This document shows, piece after piece, positions 50,004 through 62,570 of a stretch of 64,000 nucleotides of DNA (positions within the stretch are counted from its first letter, which is position 1; each line of letters starts with the position of its first letter). Below the pieces are notes generated by a model. The model made no database searches. It saw only the letters and a list, made by a program, of their open reading frames with translations, and had not been told where the DNA came from. Position numbers and translations under genes: made by a program. The stretch is from Lama guanicoe (taxonomy: Eukaryota), in contig MU053934.1 of assembly GCA_013239625.1 (NCBI GenBank), forward strand, positions 651,285-715,284, written 5' to 3'.

Positions 50004-50518
50004 CATGGTAGGCTAATTGCAGAAATGCCCCCTGATTTCTCCACCCCTCCTTTTTCTGTGTCCTTGACAGTGTGACTTGTCAGCTCCTCCCATTTCTATT
50101 ACCTTACCTCTTGAATTTGGGCAGGTTGTGCAACTTGCTTTGGCTGACTGGATTGAGAAGAGATGCTATTGTTTCAGTTTTGAGCTCAGACCTCAAGGGG
50201 CCTCACATGCTCCGGTTCACTCTCTTGGAAATGTGCCTTGCTACCATGAGAACCAGGCCAGGCTAGCGTGCTGGATGATAAGACACATGTGGTCCAGGAG
50301 TCCTCATTGCCCAGCCGACACTGTCCTCAGCCACCTGCCAGATGACCATAGACATATGAGTGAGGTCAGCTGATTCAGGCTAATGCCTGGCCTGCCTGGC
50401 CTAGATCAGAGAACCACTCCCCTCACCTGTGTATTTGTGAGCACTAAAGCATGGTTGCTGTTTTAAATTAGTAAGTTTTGGGAGTGATTTTTTTATGCAG
50501 CAGTAGGTAACTGCTACA
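50004..50518 (+). mobile_element. MaLR LTR (MLT1F-like)
   Basis: GACCTCAAGGGGCCTCACATGC...CATATGAGTGAGGTCAGC...GCAGCAGTAGGTAACTGCTACA. Confidence 0.8.
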
Positions 50519-51739
50519 GCTCTCCTTACAGGTTTAGCCTTCATTGATTTTGTCATAATCTTTCTTTCCTAACTTGTAAAGATTCTTAATCCATTCTGTG
50601 AATTTATTTGCTTATGGCTAACTCTGATCCTGGTCAATGAGGGGAAATGAAGATGACTCAAAGTCCCAGTTGGGTAGGTAAAACATGGCAGATGACTGTA
50701 AAGAATGGTGAAAATTGTAAAGACCATAGGAGAATTATCAATAAAAAATGGCATTCTGTGAAGAAAAAGACTATTGCTAGCTTGGGTTTGGGGCAGAATG
50801 TGAGAGCTGGTGGAAGTCAGATCAAGAAATTCCTCCAGTATCTCTGGAGTCTTACCTATCCGTCCATCCTCACTTCTCAGCCTGACTTTGGAGAGGCTGC
50901 AGCAGCTTCAGCAGCTTTCTGACTCATCTCCCTCTTTTGGTCTTGCCTGCACTCCAATCCCCTCTTCTGTCAGATGATTTTCTCTGAAATGCAAATCTGT
51001 CTACGTTACCCCTTCTACTTTAAATCCTCTGCTGGTTTCCCATTGCCTTGAGGATAAAGCCAGAACTCCACACTCTCCTTGGTCAGTCTTTCCCTTGTTT
51101 CCCTGAGGAAATCTTCTCAGGGCAGACTTCTTAATAGCAACAAGTTAGTGTGGAATTAATCAATTTTCAGGTATCCCACATTTTCTATCAATTTTCAGAT
51201 ATCCAAAGAAATCTAGCTTGGAGATCATTTCGTTATGAATTTTAAAAGCATTTTCCCTCTACTGCCTTCCAGTATCCAGTGCTGCTACAAAGAATTCTGC
51301 CTTAAGAAGTCTGGAACTATCTGCCTGAGCCCCTCACCCATCACCTAAGATTTAGCAATGGCTTTTGAGGTTTTCCTTAGGGGCAGAGTATTATACTTCC
51401 TCTTCAGGGTTTTGAACAAATTCATAAAAACAACCCAAAGGAGTCAGAATACCAAAATATCACCCCTTGTTCTGATAAGAGCTAAATTTGACAACACAGC
51501 CTGAATGAGTGGCATGGATCCTGTAATCATACAATAATTAATTAACCTCTTTGAGCCTCAGTCGTCTCGTGTGTAAAACGAAAGTAATAATAGGAGTTGG
51601 AAAAAAATAGGAGTAAAAATAAGAGTTTGCCATCAAAATTAAAGGAGTGTAATTCATGCTTAGGACATTACATGGCTCAACCTAAATGTACCTTAATTTT
51701 AGCTATAATGAAACTCTAATATTCATGCATATTGTTTAA

Positions 51740-53525
51740 AGGGTAAAATAGTTGCTTACATTAAACATGAGTTCTCTGTCTCTCTTTTTCAACTTTCCTT
51801 TCCCCAGAAGCAATAACTTTAATTTCTTTTAGTTTATAATTTTGATATTTATTTCTCTGTTTCTAAATGACAAGCTTGTATTGCATCTTGTTGCTTTGTC
51901 TCAGTTTTAGACATTATCTAAGAATTCTCATTGGTTCTACCATATATACATATTCTTGCTATCTTCCTGTTAGGATTCCTCCTAACAATCACAATTTTGG
52001 TTAGATCAATATTCTATGTTTGTATTATCATGCTATGTAAATGGTATTCACATCTGAGCAATGTAGTAAATTCTGATCACTTTTCCTTTTCCAAATAACT
52101 TTTGCTTTCTCAAGACCTGTTGCTTGTTTTCCTTTTGCTTACCTATCTATGTTCTTATCTGTAATTCAATCCCTCAATCTTCTCCGTTTATCTAAATCTC
52201 CTCTTTTCTCAAGATGTACAGACAGCTTAGGAAATTTATGTCTATTTTTATCTTTGTAAGTGATACTCTGAGCCTTCAAGCCTGATCCATCCTTGTAGCA
52301 TGACAGCCCTTTTGCGCTCAAGGCAAAGCCCTCACCCAGGAGCCAGCGATTCTGGGGATTCTTTTCTTCTCTCTCCTGGGGACTATCTCCTGTTGCTGAT
52401 AAACCGTATCATCTTTGTTGGATTACTCCATCTATCTTGCGGGTCAATTCTCCACTAGCTTCTCTAGAAAGGAGTCACTGAAGGACTTTTAAAAACAAAA
52501 AAGACTTTGGATATCTGAAAAATGATTAATTCTACACTAATTTTTGGTTGAGAGTTTAGCTAAGTATAGGAACCTAGCTTGGAAATAAATTTCCTTATGA
52601 ATTTTAAAGGCATCTTCCCTACACCACCTTTTAGTAACCAGTGTTGCTGTTAAGAAGGCTGAGACTTTTTGATTGCTCATTCTTCGGGTGTGTGCATGTT
52701 TGCACTTTCTTTTATGTCACTTGATTTGTGTTTGTTTTCATCCATTGTGCTCAGTATTCAGTAAATTTTCAAATCTGGAAAATCATATTATTTTTGTATA
52801 TTCTGAAATTATTTTCTGATTTCTCCCCTTAATTTTCGTTGTTCTCTTTCTCCACAACCTCTGTTATGTACTTAAACATCTTTACACCTTTTTCCCCTAA
52901 TGTCTTCTCAAAAGATGCTTTTAGAAAGAAATTGTATATGCCAGCATTCTGGAACTAGGAAAGAGATTGTGCCTGAGATTTTCAACATCTGAAATGCATA
53001 TGTTCACTTAATCTTCTAATATTTAGTTGGGTAACCCTGACCTTAGATAGAACTGATGTGTCCAATACTATAGATTTTCTATTTTATCTTATCAAGAGAA
53101 ACAAACCCCTTGACCTTTTCAAGGTAGAAAGTAATCACTCAACCACGTGGTGTGGGGAAGGTGAGCTGTACATCTGAAAACGTAAGTGGATTTTTCACAA
53201 TCTTACTTTGATTTCCTTGTCTCTTACTTGTAGAGTATCCAGTTACACGAATCTGAGCCTCCTGAGGATTCTGGTATCCAAGTCAGGCTGCTTCTCAGAT
53301 TTCCGTACTTCTAGCAGATGCATTGGCTTCTCAGATCGGGTAAGTCATTTGACAAGTATTCATGTGTCCTCCAGCTTTCGGAAATGTTTTGCTCCCTTTT
53401 GCTCGCCATTGTTTTGAGTGTATGCCTTAAAATGAAATACTGTAGCTGTAAGTTTAGTGGAGTTTCAACGGAGAGGAAAATAGATGTGTGTGAGAGAGGA
53501 GAAGAGAGACCTACTGTTTTTAATT
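51740..53525 (-). mobile_element. degraded old L1 (L1ME-type)
   Basis: Long T-rich reverse L1 remnant (GAGAGTTTAGCTAAGTATAGGAACCTAGCTTGGAAATAAATTTCC; TTTCAAATCTGGAAAATCAT). Confidence 0.6.
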
Positions 53526-53554
53526 AAAGCCTTTACTATGTATATTTCATGTGG

Positions 53555-53965
53555 GTATCAGGATGATCTTTAAAATACATGAATCAGAGGAATTTACTCC
53601 TAAACAAAACACTTAAGTGGCTTCTTTTAATGCTTAGAATTAATGCAAATTCCTTACCGTGGCATTACACAATCTGGTATCTCCCTACACTTCTAGCCTA
53701 TTTTCATACATCTTTCCCTTCCACTCACTGTGTTTTGGCCACCTTGGTATTCCTTCTTTTTGTCAAAGATGTTGAAATGAATTAAGCTATTAGAGCCTTT
53801 GTTCTTGTTGCCCACTGTGCCTAGGTAACTCTTTCCTGGCCTTTCCCATCTCCAGCTCCTTAGAGGCATTCAAGTCTCAGCTGAAATATCTGTCACAGTG
53901 AAGCCTTCCTCCACACTTAGGACATGCTTAGAACGGAGGTTATTGATAAATATGTTTAATTAGTG
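53555..53965 (+). mobile_element. L2 fragment
   Basis: GATGATCTTTAAAATACATGAATCAGA...CATTCAAGTCTCAGCTGAAATATC...GTGAAGCCTTCC. Confidence 0.7.
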
Positions 53966-56025
53966 TAGGAGTGAAGGAAACTGTTCACCACTACCTTCTT
54001 CTTGAAATCTTCCTGCCTGACAGATCAACATCTAGCAGTCTAGGGACCTGGAATAGAGAGCTGGGAGAAGGAGGTGAAGGTGGTGGGTAGCCCCTGGGCT
54101 TTGAGAAGTTTTCATGTCCACAGAGACTCCATGCTTGTGAGCCTACCTTCCATGGTGGGCGTCTGTGTAGCATCATTTATCTTTGATACTTTCTTGTGGA
54201 TTTTCTCTAGGTCATGGACAAGTTTGCCATCATAGCTGGGGAGGGGCAGATGCTTAAAAATAAGCATATACTTAAAAATAACTATTTAAAAGTTTTCCAC
54301 CTCCAGCTTTTTCCTTTATCATATCTCTTCTTTAGCTTAACAGTAAACTCTGAATGTTTTTGCTTATTACCTCTGAAAATAATTTTGGATAATAGTATGC
54401 CGCCTCAAGAGTTTTTGAGTTGACATCTAAATTTTCATCTTTAAGTTTTCCCAAGAATGTAATTTTCAGGAAATTATAAATATTGCTACTTAAAATAATA
54501 CTGCTACATTGTGATTTAAATGTATCCACTGAGCTCTAGCAATTAGAAACTCACTATCATATGTTAAAAATATAAAAGGATAATTTATTTTTAAATAATT
54601 GGATATTTTACAATTTTATGTAAAATTATTAGGCATGGGTCAAAATATTGCCTTCTAACATTAAGCTTTTCCCTCATCAAAAATGTTTACAAGACAGGCA
54701 AAGCAAAGCACTTGGTTCTGCATGTCCAACAGAGATTGGACAGGAGTCAGTGGTGTTGAAAAAAAGGAAGGAGGATGCTGCCAAAGCATTGATATTTCAG
54801 GACCACGGACAGAGGGGTCCCTCGACTATTTCAGTCATGCTGCTCTTAGTCCCTGGATTTGAGCCAGGTCTGGAGAAGACTCTAAGAAAGATGGGAAAAG
54901 TGGGCTGAAGTCACTGGTGAAGAACAGGCTAGGGCGAGATGCTGACAACTCCTGAGTGAGCTGGAGCCTGCATCCTGGTGCCTTCAACACCTGTTCCGAG
55001 CTGGATTATCTAAATGTTGATGGGTGTCTCCACTCCCCTGATTGTGCTGAGGCTTGGGCCTTCAGCTGTGGAATTTGTCAGAGTAAGGAGAACCAGAGCA
55101 GCCCACGCGCTTCCTGTTTAAGATTTCCTAGGGCTATAATTTAAATTGGCTTTTGTTTCCTCAGCAAACACTAAAGGACAGAGAAACAAGAGTGGCTAAT
55201 AGCTACTAGTTGGGAAATAAGGGATATTTGCAGGTGGATTTGCAATGGACAAGCCACACCCAATTAATCGAGAGTAGAGAACAACCAGAGCTTAAGTGCA
55301 AAAAAATTTTAAATCCTGTGTAAGCTGGCTTTGTAGGCTTGCTAATGGAATTTGTGCAGTGCCCGAGACGGAGGGTCAGAAAAGAAAGGGAGACATGTCA
55401 AGATAATCTTTTCTGCAGTTCTTTTTTTCCCCTCCTTCTTTCCCTTTCTGAACACTAAACTGATTTTCAACCAGCCTGATTTACGTAACATAATAATGAG
55501 TGCTATGGTAGAGTGTGTTTAGGGAGTAAAAAGACAAATTTATTTAGATATCAGGCATTTCTGGATTTGTCATTGGTTCACCATTTGCTTCCCATATAAC
55601 CCTGGGCAAGTTACTTAATTTCCATGAAGCCCCAGCCCCACCTAGTCCTTGTGCATGGCAGCTGCAGGGTCAGGCAGTGCATCATCTCCTGGCTGTACAT
55701 GCTGCCTGGACTCTCATCCTCTCATCTGAAAATGGGGGCAATATTTTCCTTGTGGGGATGTTGGGAGAGTTAAGTAGGTTGCTGCACACAAATTGCTTAG
55801 CTTGGTGGCTGACATGGAACAGGCATGCAATAACTATTGGTTATTAGTGTGGCTATGTGCCAGGGATTTTATAGGATTATTGAGTTTAATCCCCATAACC
55901 ATCCTAGGTGGCAGACTTTTCCCAAGTTCCCAGAGCTAGTAACTGAAACATTGTGGATTTAATTTAGGGAGTTTAACTGGTGTACTTTGAATAACACATA
56001 CATTTTTCTTCTTCCCTCTCCTTCA

Positions 56026-56117
56026 CTGTCTACTGTCTATCTGTCTGTCTATCTGTCCATCTGTCATCATCATCATCATCATCTCTCTCTATTGTTTATC
56101 TGTCTGCCTTTCTCTAT
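56026..56117. repeat. compound (TCTG/TCTA/TCA)n simple repeat
   Basis: CTGTCTATCTGTCTGTCTATC...TCATCATCATCATC. Confidence 0.8.
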
Positions 56118-58451
56118 CAGTCACCCATCTTACGATTGTCTACACACTCTACACACATATTTGTGAACGTATAATTAGCCCAATAATACAGAGAACAAAA
56201 CAGAGGTTCAGCAAACTTAACAGACCCCAGATAACAGAGCTGACCTTCTAGTCTAGAACTGACTCCACACCCTAGGCTGGGATTTTTTTTTTTTACTACA
56301 TCACGATTATGAATAAAGTAGTCAGCCAATTTTTTTTTCAGTCCAGACTTTTTAAATTTTACTGTTAAGAAAGAAAAATATAAAAGCGTCAACTATCTCC
56401 CTCAACTATTTGTCCTCTTGGCAAATAAGAAAGCATATTTTAATAAGAGATATTGGAGCTGACGTTTTGGGGATGGAGAGTATGTATTTTTAGGAATTAG
56501 GATGGTGCACTTATCATTCACACATTGTCAAGGGCTTGGTAGCCTTCGTGTCTGGCTGCGCTGTTCTTCCAAGCACAGCCACAAGTACTACTGTTTTAAA
56601 GGCAGCAAGCTGGCCTAGAGACAAGTGGCGCCCGGGAGAAGTGTGACATGCCCCGCACATTTATATATAGGGAGGCTATGCCGCTGACACACTTATCTGC
56701 TGTAATAGCGAGAGTTGGCAGCACACAGCATTCAAAACAGCAGGCAACCTTCAAATCACAACTCTTCAACTTTGGAAGGCATGGAATTCATTGGGATAAT
56801 TTTGCATATGATTAACTTTCCTAATTAGGCTTCCTGTAAACCAGCATGACCTCTTTAGCATCCATCTCAGCATAGATAAATCCCTCTGCAGTAGTTTCTA
56901 ATATTTTGGGAGGTGACTCCTGGTTGCCACCCTTTTCCACCTCTGCGTCAGTTGGTCCAGATCACTGCTTAAAGTCCCCTGCTTCAGTCCACCCTGCTGC
57001 TCTCAACAGACGACCTTATTCCAACCCCACCAAGAGCGTGGAGATGTGCTGCCATGATTTCTCTCAACTTCCCTCACATCCATCTCTAAAAAAGAATAGC
57101 TAAGCAGACACATGTCATAGCTTTCCTGGAAGCTCCCAGTTTCAATTATTTTGTCTTGTTTTCTTCCAGTAAACTGTAGAAAGACCTGGAAATGGCAATT
57201 ATTTTTGAGTCCAAAGTAAATCTCCGTAAATTGCCTCTCTTTGACCCCAAGTGACACAAATCTCTCCGTGTTCAGATATTTAGTTAGAAAAAAAAGAAAG
57301 GAGCACTTGCCCAAGTTTGCTCTTTTCCTTCTTGCTCAGAGGAAGAAGTGATCCCCACTCCTTTCCAAATAAATCCTCATCTTGTGTCCTGAATCCAGTT
57401 CCCTTCTAGGAGGCAACGCTATTGCTTTTGTCCTCTGTCTACTTTCCTTTCTATCTTCTTCACTGGCTTCTTCTGATCATCTTCAAGCATACTTTGAAAT
57501 TTGTACAAAATACGTACAAAAGTAAAAGCAAAGACAAAATAAAGCAAAAATTCCCCAGAATGCAACCATTCCCTCTGGCTGCTCCCTGATTTCTTCTTCT
57601 CTTCAATTATTACCTTCACCTTTCCTGCATTTTCCAACCTGCAGCCGTCCTGTTCATGCTCTCGCTCTCTTTCCATTGGAAGCACACTTTGTAAGAAGAC
57701 CAATAACCTCCATTGAAATGCTTTTTCATACTGTGTTGTTATTTTTTGACGTCTGTTTTCTCCCACTGGTCTGTTCTTTGAGATCAAAGAGGTTTATTAA
57801 TTCTGTGTTCGGGCATTAAACAGAGGGCCTAGCAGGTTGTGACTTCCCGACTAACATAGAATGAATGAGCTTGGATCCAACCTAACGGGTCCTTTTCATT
57901 GCTACTCTAACAGTCCTCTGCCGCTGACTATCCATCCTTCTTGAAATTCTCTCACATTCTGGACTCTAGGATGCACCATCTCTTTTCTTGTTCTCACTTC
58001 AGCCTGCTCCTAGAAGGAGTGTATAGGGTGTCGTTCACCCTCATATCCCCTGGGTCTCATGCGGGGTCATAATAAATTGAATGGATTAGAGGAGGGTGAA
58101 TCACACTGGATCTGTAAGAATTTTCTGTACTCTGCTTTCATTCCAAGGAAGGTATTACCTAAATAGGTTTTTAATTCTGAGAAATCTCAAGTCTCTCCAG
58201 TATGTGGTGGTTGGATTATAAGACACTTGCTGCTAATAAATATGGAATACTGTCTTTGTATTTAACCTTAAAAATTTTTTTTTGAAATAGGTAGCCTAAA
58301 GAAGCTTTAAATCTAATTTCAGCTAAAGAATCTGATTGAAGGTCAAGTGCCTTATCTCTTCTGTAAGAGGAAGCAATAAATGTGTCTAAAGCTACCTGTA
58401 AAATGAATGGTTAATATGAAATTAAAAGCTAGACTTATTGCCCCCAAAGAC

Positions 58452-58925
58452 TATGGGATAGATTGATTACAAAAATTGCCTCAATTCTTTACTACTTCCT
58501 GTATCCTCGCCCTCTGTAATGTGATTTTTCAGTGACACACCCCCACCCCCTTGAATCTCAACTGGCTTTATGACCTTCTTTAGCCAATCGAATGTGGTAG
58601 AAGTGACTTTGTGAAATTTCCAATTTCAGCCCAGGGCTCAAGAGGTCTGGCAGGCTTTTACTTATCCTCTTAGAACTCCGTTATCTCTGTGTGAACAAAG
58701 CTGGACTAGCCCATTGGAAAGGGGGAGATCATGTGAGGCAGAAATGAATCACTGCAGCAGAGACCACCCTAACCAACCAGATGACTGCCAGGTGACTACA
58801 GACATATGAGCTAGCCCAGGAGAGGTCAGCCAAGCACAGTGACACCACCCAGGGGACCCGCAGATTTATGAGCTAAATACATAATTGCCATTGTTAGACA
58901 CTGTGTTTGGGGATGGTTAGCATGT
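58452..58925 (+). mobile_element. MaLR LTR (MLT1F/G-like)
   Basis: TTGATTACAAAAATTGCCTCAATTCT...TTAGCCAATCGAATGTGGTAGAAGTGAC...TGTTTGGGGATGGTT. Confidence 0.75.
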
Positions 58926-59032
58926 CCAAAGGAAAGGACTGGGTCAAAAATGTCTGATTGGTGTATCTGGCTATCTTAATGATGCAATGACAGTTGTCTG
59001 ACCGAGCCAATTGATTGTCTTGATTGATTTTT

Positions 59033-59905
59033 AAGAAACAGCTTCATTGAGATGTAATTCGCATATCATACAATTCATCTATATAAAGTATATAATTCAA
59101 TGTTTCTAGTGTATTCAGAGTTGTATAATCACCAAATCAATTTCAGAATATTTTTATAGCCCCTCAAAGAAACCCCATACCTATTAGCAGTCATTCCCAA
59201 CTTTCCACCACTCCTTCCCCCCAGCAACTTCTAATCTACTTTCTATCTGTTTAGCTTTGCCTGTTGTGGAAACGTCATAAAAATATGGAATCGCACTATA
59301 TGTGATCCTTTATGACTGACTTCTTTCACTTAGCATAATGTTTTCAAGGTTCAAACATGTTGTAGCATCCTTCAGTACTTATTTCATTTGACTACCAAAT
59401 AATATTTCATTATATGGATATACCACATTTTATTTATCCATTCCTCAGTTGATAGACATTTGGATTATTTCTTCGTTTGCACTGTTATCATTAGTGCTTC
59501 TGTGACATTTATGTATAAGATTCAGTGTGAACATGTGCTTTCATGTCTTTTGTGTATGTAACCAGGAGTAGAATTGTTTGGTCATATTGTAACTCTGTGT
59601 ATCATCTTTTGAGGAGTGGGAGACTGTTTTCCACAGTGGCTGCACCATTTTTCATTCCCCCAAGCAGTGTATGAGGGCTCAGATTTCTCCACATCCTCAC
59701 CAACAAGCTGATTTCTTGATTTTTATCCTAATGGGTGTAAAGTGATATCTTACTGTGCCTTTAATTTGTGATTCCCTGATGGCTAATGGTGTTGAGACCT
59801 TTTCATGTGTTTATAGTGTCCGTTTGTGTATCTTCTTTGGAGAAATGTCTGTTCAGATCCTTTGCCCATTTTTTTTATTGGGTTGTCTTTTTATTATTGA
59901 GTTGT
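59033..59905 (-). mobile_element. L1MB-type 3' portion
   Basis: CAGCTTCATTGAGATGTAATTC...CTTTCACTTAGCATAATGTTTTCAAGGTTCA...CTTCTTTGGAGAAATGTCTGTTCAGATCCTTTGCCCATTTT. Confidence 0.88.
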
Positions 59906-59924
59906 ATCTTGATTAATATTTTTC

Positions 59925-60707
59925 TTTATTTTAACATTTTTAATTGATTTATAATCATTTTACAATGTTGTGTCAAATTCCAGTGTAGAGCACAATTTTT
60001 CAGTTATACATGAACATATATATATTCATTGTCACGTTTTTTCCTCTGTGAACTACCATAAGATCTTGTATATATTTCCCTGTGCTATACAGTATAATCT
60101 TATTTATCTATTCTACAATTTTTAAATCCTGGTCTATCCCTTCCCACCCCCCACCTCGTTGGCAACCACAAGTTAGTATTCTATGTCTATGAGTCTATTT
60201 CTGTTTTGTATTTATGCTTTGTTTGTTTGTTTGTTTTAGATTCCACATATGAGTGATCTCATATGGTATTTTTCTTTCTCATTCTGGCTTACTTCACTTA
60301 GAATGACATTCTCCAGGAGCATCCATGTTGCTGCAAATGGTGTTATGTTGTCAGTTTTTATGGCTAAATAGTATTCCATTGTATAAATATACCACATCTT
60401 CTCTATCCAGTCATCTGTTGATGGACATTTAGGCTGCTTCCATGTCTTGGCTATTGTAAATAGTGCTGCTATGAACATTGGGGTGCAGGTGTCTTTTTGA
60501 AGTAGGGTTCCTTCTGGATATATGCCCAGGAGTGGGATTCCTGGGTCATACAGTAAGTCTATTCCTAGTCTTTTGAGGACTCTCCATACTGTTTTCCACA
60601 GTGGCTGCACCAAACTGCATTCTCACCAGCAGTGTAGGAGGGTTCCCTTTTCTCCACAGCCTCTCCAGCATTTATCATTTGTGGACTTTTTAATGATGGC
60701 CATTCTG
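59925..60707 (-). mobile_element. young camelid-type 5'-truncated L1 with open ORF2 C-terminus
   Basis: ORF 60236-60613 ([31 protein letters not shown]...KQPKCPSTDDW); perfect 16-bp TSD TTGATTAATATTTTTC at 59909-59924 and 60708-60723. Confidence 0.95.
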
Positions 60708-61809
60708 TTGATTAATATTTTTCATGTAAAAAGCTAACATTTCCATTGAAATTCTACTGCCCACTATCTTTGAGTATATACCTTGACCTAGTTTAGTCAT
60801 TCCCAATATGGCTGACCATCAAATATATTTTGAGAGACCTTTAAAAAACAGAACGTCTTGGGTCCTACCCTTGGAAATGCCAACTAGTTAAGATGAAGAA
60901 AGTTCAGGAATTTGTATTTAAACCAAAGTATGCAGCCAAATTTAGAATCACTACCTTGGCCCATATATTATCAGGTGAATTAATGTTGAGAAATAAGAGG
61001 ACTGACTTAGATATTATAGGTTAATATCAGGGGAAAATAAAAATTTCCAGCTCTTGCACCTGGTGTATTTTTTTCAACACGTAGGAAGGCTTAATAAATA
61101 AAGGATGGTAGCAATGGGCAAAGGATGCACAAGGCTCAGCTGTAACACTTTATTAACTGCTTTTGAAGAACACAGACTCTACTTTCTATAGATTGTAACT
61201 CACAGGCCCCAGGAGATAAACTAACAAGACCTCAAAGGGAAAAACAAGTACTTACTGCCCTCTGCTGTGTTCAATAGCAGTGGTCCACACAGACCTCTAA
61301 CTGGGAGATGCGGAGGGGAGCAGAGGGAAGAAGGTATTGAGTAGACTGTGGAGGGCACATTAAAGCTAGATGGAAATCAGTGGAATGCTCTCGAGCATTT
61401 AAAGTCAGGGTGTAGACATCAGCCCAGCATCATTAGCTTCTGCATCCTGGATTCAAATTCTGGGAGGAAAGCTCTGTCAGAGTCCCTGTGACCAAAGGAT
61501 TGAGAAGGACTCCAGCTTTTGGATTGGACACCATCCCTTGCAAGTTATAAACATATGTATTATTTTCACTTTGCAAAAATTCTTTACAAAGAGATTTGTA
61601 GCAGAGTTAATTATGTAGCCTTTAAAAGCAGGCTATAAATTTGTATGTAAGCTGTGGTTATAATCTGCTTAAATAAGGGTAGAAAAAAGCCTGGAAGGAA
61701 GTAAAGCAAAAGATTAACACTCTGTACATTCCAATTTCCCCCAAATGAGTATAAACTGTTTTTTTAATTAGCAAATGTCTTTTTTGAGGTAGGTAATACA
61801 TTTAGATTT

Positions 61810-62045
61810 AAGTGTACAGAATCAAAAACCAGGATGCCTGGGTTTAAATTCTAGCTCTGCTACTGATTATCTGTGTGGAAATGGGAAAATTAGCACCATC
61901 TTGTGTCTCAGTCTCATCATCTTTAAGACAGGCATAATAGTGGGACATTCCTTGTAGACTTGATGTGACAATTAAATGAGCTAAGCTATTTATGTCTTTC
62001 CCACATGTACCTGGCATTTAGTAAACACCAGACAAGTGTTTGATG
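61810..62045 (+). mobile_element. MIR SINE
   Basis: TGCCTGGGTTTAAATTCTAGCTCTGCTACT...GTCTCAGTCTCATCATCTTTAAGA...ATTAAATGAG. Confidence 0.8.
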
Positions 62046-62379
62046 TGATCGTTTTGATGGCTTTCACTTTGTTGGTTTTGGACTGATTCCTTTGTTTATT
62101 CATTCAAATGTTCATTAAGCATCTTCCATGTGCCAAGGTCTGTGCTCCTAGGCATTAACAGTACGGGGGATAAGAAGTTAGGAGGTCCTTGTTATCAAGC
62201 TCATGGGAGTTCCAATAGAAAACCCCACTCATTTTCTCCTTTATTTGGTAGAGTGTTCACAGCTCCAGGCTTGTGACTGGTCTAGAGGACCCACAGGGCT
62301 GGTGCTGTGCCCATTTTCTGAACAGTACTTTCTTCATTGTACACATACAATAGTACCTTCCATTCATTGTTTGTTTACC

Positions 62380-62570
62380 GCATGCCATGCCATGAACCAT
62401 GCTGAGTGTTTTCCACACATCATATTTGAGATTTACCTTTGCCCTTTAGGGTTAATATTGTGATTTCCATTCTACAAATGAAGAAAACAAGTTTCTGAAA
62501 GGTCAAGTCACTTGGCTGTCATTTGCTACTAACTGTGACCCCAAAGCAGATGCCTTTAATGACCACATAA
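62380..62570 (-). mobile_element. MIR SINE
   Basis: TTCCATTCTACAAATGAAGAAAACAAG...GAAAGGTCAAGTCACTTG. Confidence 0.65.

Noticed and set aside
60236..60613. 125-aa ORF as a host gene (also 32369-32812)
   Set aside because: It is the L1 ORF2 C-terminus of a 5'-truncated, non-autonomous copy.
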